The position numbers were made by a program, and so were the translations under genes. Under the pieces are notes generated by a model. It was not told the origin of the DNA, did no database searches, and saw only the letters and a list, made by a program, of their open reading frames with translations. Positions 1 through 4,363 of a stretch of 4,363 nucleotides of DNA are shown here, in pieces; position 1 is the first letter of the stretch, and the number at the start of each line of letters is the position of its first letter. The stretch comes from a virus (Duplodnaviria; Heunggongvirae; Uroviricota; Caudoviricetes), in the IMG/VR virus record IMGVR_UViG_2711768013_000017. One strand, 5' to 3'.

Positions 1-322
1 ACACGGTCAGGAACGGGCGCTGAATAATGCTCTTTCCGCTCTGCCATCACTTCAGCATCCGGACGTTCGCCAATTTTCGCCTCCCACGTCTCACCGAGCG
101 TGGTGTTTACGAAGGTTTTACGTTTTCCCGTATCCCCTTTCGTTTTCATCCAGTCTTTGACAATCTATCCCAGCAGATACGGGATATCGACATTTCTGCA
201 CCATTCCGGCGGGTATAGGTTTTATTGATGGCCTCATCCACACGCAGCAGCGTCTGTTCATCGTCGTGGCGGCCCATAATAATCTGCCGATCAATCAGCC
301 AGCTTTCCTCACCCGGCCCCCA
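1..322 (-). repeat. Chimeric partial copy of terminase large subunit gene A. 1..166 matches 1319..1484 (5 mismatches) and 167..322 matches 1102..1257 (2 mismatches). Same orientation as the intact gene, segment order permuted, junction out of frame.
   Basis: Direct base-by-base comparison within the window. The minus-strand translation of 167..322 gives WGPGEESWLIDRQ...SISRICWD, identical to the gpA residues encoded at 1102..1257. At the 166/167 junction the frame shifts by one and reads RLSKTG then stop. Confidence 0.85.
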
Positions 323-403
323 NNNNNNNNNNNNNNNNNNNNNNNNNNNNNNNNNNNNNNNNNNNNNNNNNNNNNNNNNNNNNNNNNNNNNNNNNNNNNN
401 NNN
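323..403. other. Run of 81 N: assembly or scaffold gap, or masked sequence
   Basis: Literal N characters in the sequence. The gap removes the 3' end of W and the expected start of the portal gene. Confidence 0.95.
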
Positions 404-2470
<2,067 letters not shown>

Positions 2471-2496
<26 letters not shown>

Positions 2497-3016
2497 TCAG
2501 CAACCCCGGTATCAGTTCATCCAGCGCGGCTGCTTTGTTCATGGCTTTGATGATATCCCGTTTCAGGAAATCAACATGTCGGTTTTCCAGTTCCGGAAAA
2601 CGCCGCTGCACCGACAGGGGGATCCCGTCGAGAATACTGGCAATTTCACCTGCGATCCGCGACAGCACGAAAGTACAGAATGCGGTTTCCACCACTTCAG
2701 CGGAGTCTCTGGCATTTTTCAGCTCCTGTGCGTCGGCCTGCGCACGCGTAAGTCGATGGCGTTCGTACTCAATAGTCCCTGGCTGGAGATCTGTCTCGCT
2801 GGCCTGCCGCAGTTCTTCAACTTCCCGGCGCAGCTTTTCGTTCTCAATTTCAGCATCCCTTTCGGCATACCATCTTATAACGGCGGCAGAGTCATAAAGC
2901 ACCTCATTACCCTTGCCACCGCCTCGCAGAACGGGCATTCCCTGTTCCTGCCAGTTCTGAATGGTACGGATACTCGCACCGAAAATGTCAGCCAGCTGCT
3001 TTTTGTTGACTTCCAT
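2471..3016 (-). CDS. nu1: Terminase small subunit gpNu1 (181 aa), cosB-binding protein
   Basis: 181-codon minus-strand ORF starting immediately downstream of the cosB R elements. Translation MEVNKKQLADIFGASIRTIQNWQEQGMPVLRGGGKGNEVLYDSAAV... matches lambda Nu1 (N-terminal winged-HTH region) with a few substitutions. Confidence 0.95.
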
Positions 3017-3036
3017 TGTTCATTCCACGGACAAAA

Positions 3037-3215
3037 ACAGAGAAAGGAAACGACAGAGGCCAAAAAGCCCGTTTTCAGCACCTGTCGTTTCCTTTCTTTT
3101 CAGGGGGTGTTTTAAATAAAAACATTAGGTTACGGCGAAGAAGAACGGAAACGCCTTAAACCGGAAAATTGTCATAAATAGCGAAAACCCGCGCGCCTTC
3201 CGCCCCGTAACCTGT
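3037..3215 (-). promoter_or_regulatory. cos: cos site. cosB elements R1 (about 3041..3056), R2 (about 3082..3097, inverted relative to R1), an A/T-rich IHF I1-like segment (about 3105..3130) and R3 (about 3138..3153); cosN 12-nt cohesive-end segment at 3194..3205.
   Basis: Seen in sequence: agaaaggaaacgacag (3041..3056) and its inverted partner ctgtcgtttcctttct (3082..3097); aagaagaacggaaacg (3138..3153); on the minus strand, ttacg followed by GGGCGG... at the position expected from lambda. Layout matches the known lambda cosN-R3-I1-R2-R1-nu1 order. Confidence 0.8.
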
Positions 3216-3404
3216 CGGATCGCCGGAAAGGACCCGCAAAATGATAATAATTATCATCTACATGTCACAACGTGCATCTACGCCATCAAACCACGTCAAA
3301 TAATCAATTATGACGCAGGTATCGTATTAATTGATCTGCATCAACTTAACGTAAAAACAACTTCAGACAATACAAATCAGCGACACTGAATACAGGGCAA
3401 CCTC

Positions 3405-3638
3405 ATGTCAACGAAGAACAGAACCCGCAGAACAACAACCCGCAACATCCGCTTTCCTAACCAAATGATTGAACAAATTAACATCGCTCTTGTTCAAAAA
3501 GGGTCCGGGAATTTCTCAGCCTGGGTCATTGAAGCCTGCCGCCGGAGACTGTGCTCAGAAAAAAGAGTTTCGCCTGAAGCAAACAAAGAAAAGAGTGACA
3601 TTACTGAATTGCTCAGAAAACAGGTTAGACCAGATTGA
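3405..3638 (+). CDS. Small ribbon-helix-helix-like DNA-binding protein, DUF3950 family (YlcI/YnfO-like prophage protein), 77 aa
   Basis: Plus-strand ORF MSTKNRTRRTTTRNIRFPNQMIEQINIALVQKGSGNFSAWVIEACRRRL.... It has a basic N-terminal tail, then a beta-strand/helix/G-x-x-x-S loop/helix pattern typical of Arc/MetJ/CopG RHH proteins. From memory it resembles E. coli cryptic-prophage YlcI/YnfO, which sit next to the Nu1 homologue on the opposite strand. No strong Shine-Dalgarno sequence is seen. Confidence 0.7.
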   Translation: MSTKNRTRRTTTRNIRFPNQMIEQINIALVQKGSGNFSAWVIEACRRRLCSEKRVSPEANKEKSDITELLRKQVRPD

Positions 3639-3695
3639 AGCAATTTAGATAATCGTGCAGACTACGCCCCCTCATATCACATGGAAGGTACTACA

Positions 3696-4106
3696 ATGGC
3701 TCAGGTTGCCATTTTTAAACAAATATTCGATAAAGTGCGAAATAATTTAAACTATCACTGGTTTTATTCTGAACTAAAACGTCACAATGTCTCACATTAC
3801 ATTTACTATTTAGCCACAGAGAATATTCATCTTGTTCTTGAAAACGATAATACGGTTTTAATAAAAGGACAGGGTAAGGTTGTAAATGTAAGATTTTCAA
3901 AAAATAAATGCCTTATAGAAGCCACCTTAAAAGGATTCAAATCAGGAGAGTTATCATTTTACGAATACAGGAAAAATCTTGCTACAGCAGGGGTTTTCAG
4001 ATGGATTACAAATATCCACGAAAACAAAAGGTATTACTATACCTTTGATAATTCATTACTCTTTACTGAGAACATACAGAACACTACACAAATATTTCCG
4101 CACTAA
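3696..4106 (+). CDS. DUF1398 family protein (YbcV/YdfO-like prophage accessory protein), 136 aa
   Basis: Plus-strand ORF. I prefer the second ATG (3696) because ggaagg at 3683..3688 sits 7 nt upstream; the ORF track's ATG at 3681 has no SD. Translation [45 protein letters not shown]...[10 protein letters not shown]-rich gene in an AT-rich tract. Family assignment is from recall of E. coli DLP12/Qin YbcV/YdfO. Confidence 0.75.
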   Translation: MAQVAIFKQIFDKVRNNLNYHWFYSELKRHNVSHYIYYLATENIHLVLENDNTVLIKGQGKVVNVRFSKNKCLIEATLKGFKSGELSFYEYRKNLATAGVFRWITNIHENKRYYYTFDNSLLFTENIQNTTQIFPH

Positions 4107-4363
4107 ATCATAACGTCCGGTTTCTTCCGTGCCAGAACCGGACTCGCTGGCATGATGAAATATGTGTACCCGGTAACCCCGGTGTGCATCGTTTTTGATT
4201 ATTCCCGCACACTCGCGCAGAAGGAGTTCCCCGTCGGGCTACGGTCTCTGTTAATACGGGAATACGGCGACGATTGGATTTGCCCCTATATTTCCAGACA
4301 TCTGTTATCACTTAACCCATTACAAGCCCGCTGCCGCAGATATTCCCGTGGCGAGCGATAACC

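Noticed and set aside
2535-3115. Plus-strand ORFs 2535..2897 and 2576..3115, and minus-strand ORF 2875..3081
   Set aside because: The plus-strand ORFs are antisense to Nu1 and extend into the cos site. The minus-strand ORF is an alternative frame overlapping the Nu1 start and cosB. All are shadow ORFs.
3194-3205. Treating the cosN difference as proof of a novel packaging specificity
   Set aside because: The comparison rests on my memory of the lambda sequence and on a single assembly in a window that already shows an assembly anomaly. It is reported as a finding to verify, not as a conclusion.
3681-3695. Upstream ATG at 3681 as the start of the DUF1398 gene (141-aa form)
   Set aside because: There is no SD upstream of 3681, whereas ggaagg lies 7 nt before the ATG at 3696, and the 136-aa form matches the length I recall for YbcV. 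The longer form cannot be excluded.
3715-3900. 61-aa minus-strand ORF inside the DUF1398 gene
   Set aside because: It is fully embedded antisense in the better-supported plus-strand CDS, in AT-rich sequence where spurious ORFs are common.
4108-4361. Minus-strand ORF 4108..4311 (67 aa) and plus-strand ORF 4152..4361 (69 aa) at the right edge
   Set aside because: They overlap each other, have no recognisable Shine-Dalgarno sequence, and I recognise no family for either. This may simply be intergenic sequence between the moron and the lysis/bor region. Not supportable without homology evidence.

Overview
This window is the cos-proximal packaging region of a lambda-like (lambdoid) phage or prophage, read in reverse orientation. 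The minus strand carries terminase small subunit Nu1 (2471..3016), terminase large subunit A (571..2496, 641 aa) and the 5' part of head completion gene W (404..574). A recognisable cos site (cosB elements R1/R2/R3 plus the cosN overhang) lies at about 3037..3215. Beyond cos, on the plus strand in an AT-rich stretch, are two small accessory ('moron') genes: a 77-aa ribbon-helix-helix-like protein (DUF3950, YlcI/YnfO-like) and a 136-aa DUF1398 (YbcV/YdfO-like) protein. The left end is anomalous: an 81-nt run of N (323..403) cuts off W, and positions 1..322, where the portal gene B should be, instead hold two permuted direct copies of internal gene A segments. I found no convincing novel multi-gene system; the most notable items are that chimeric block, an apparently non-canonical cosN overhang, and the uncharacterised RHH/DUF1398 pair. 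All family assignments rest on reading the translations and on recall, not on a database search.
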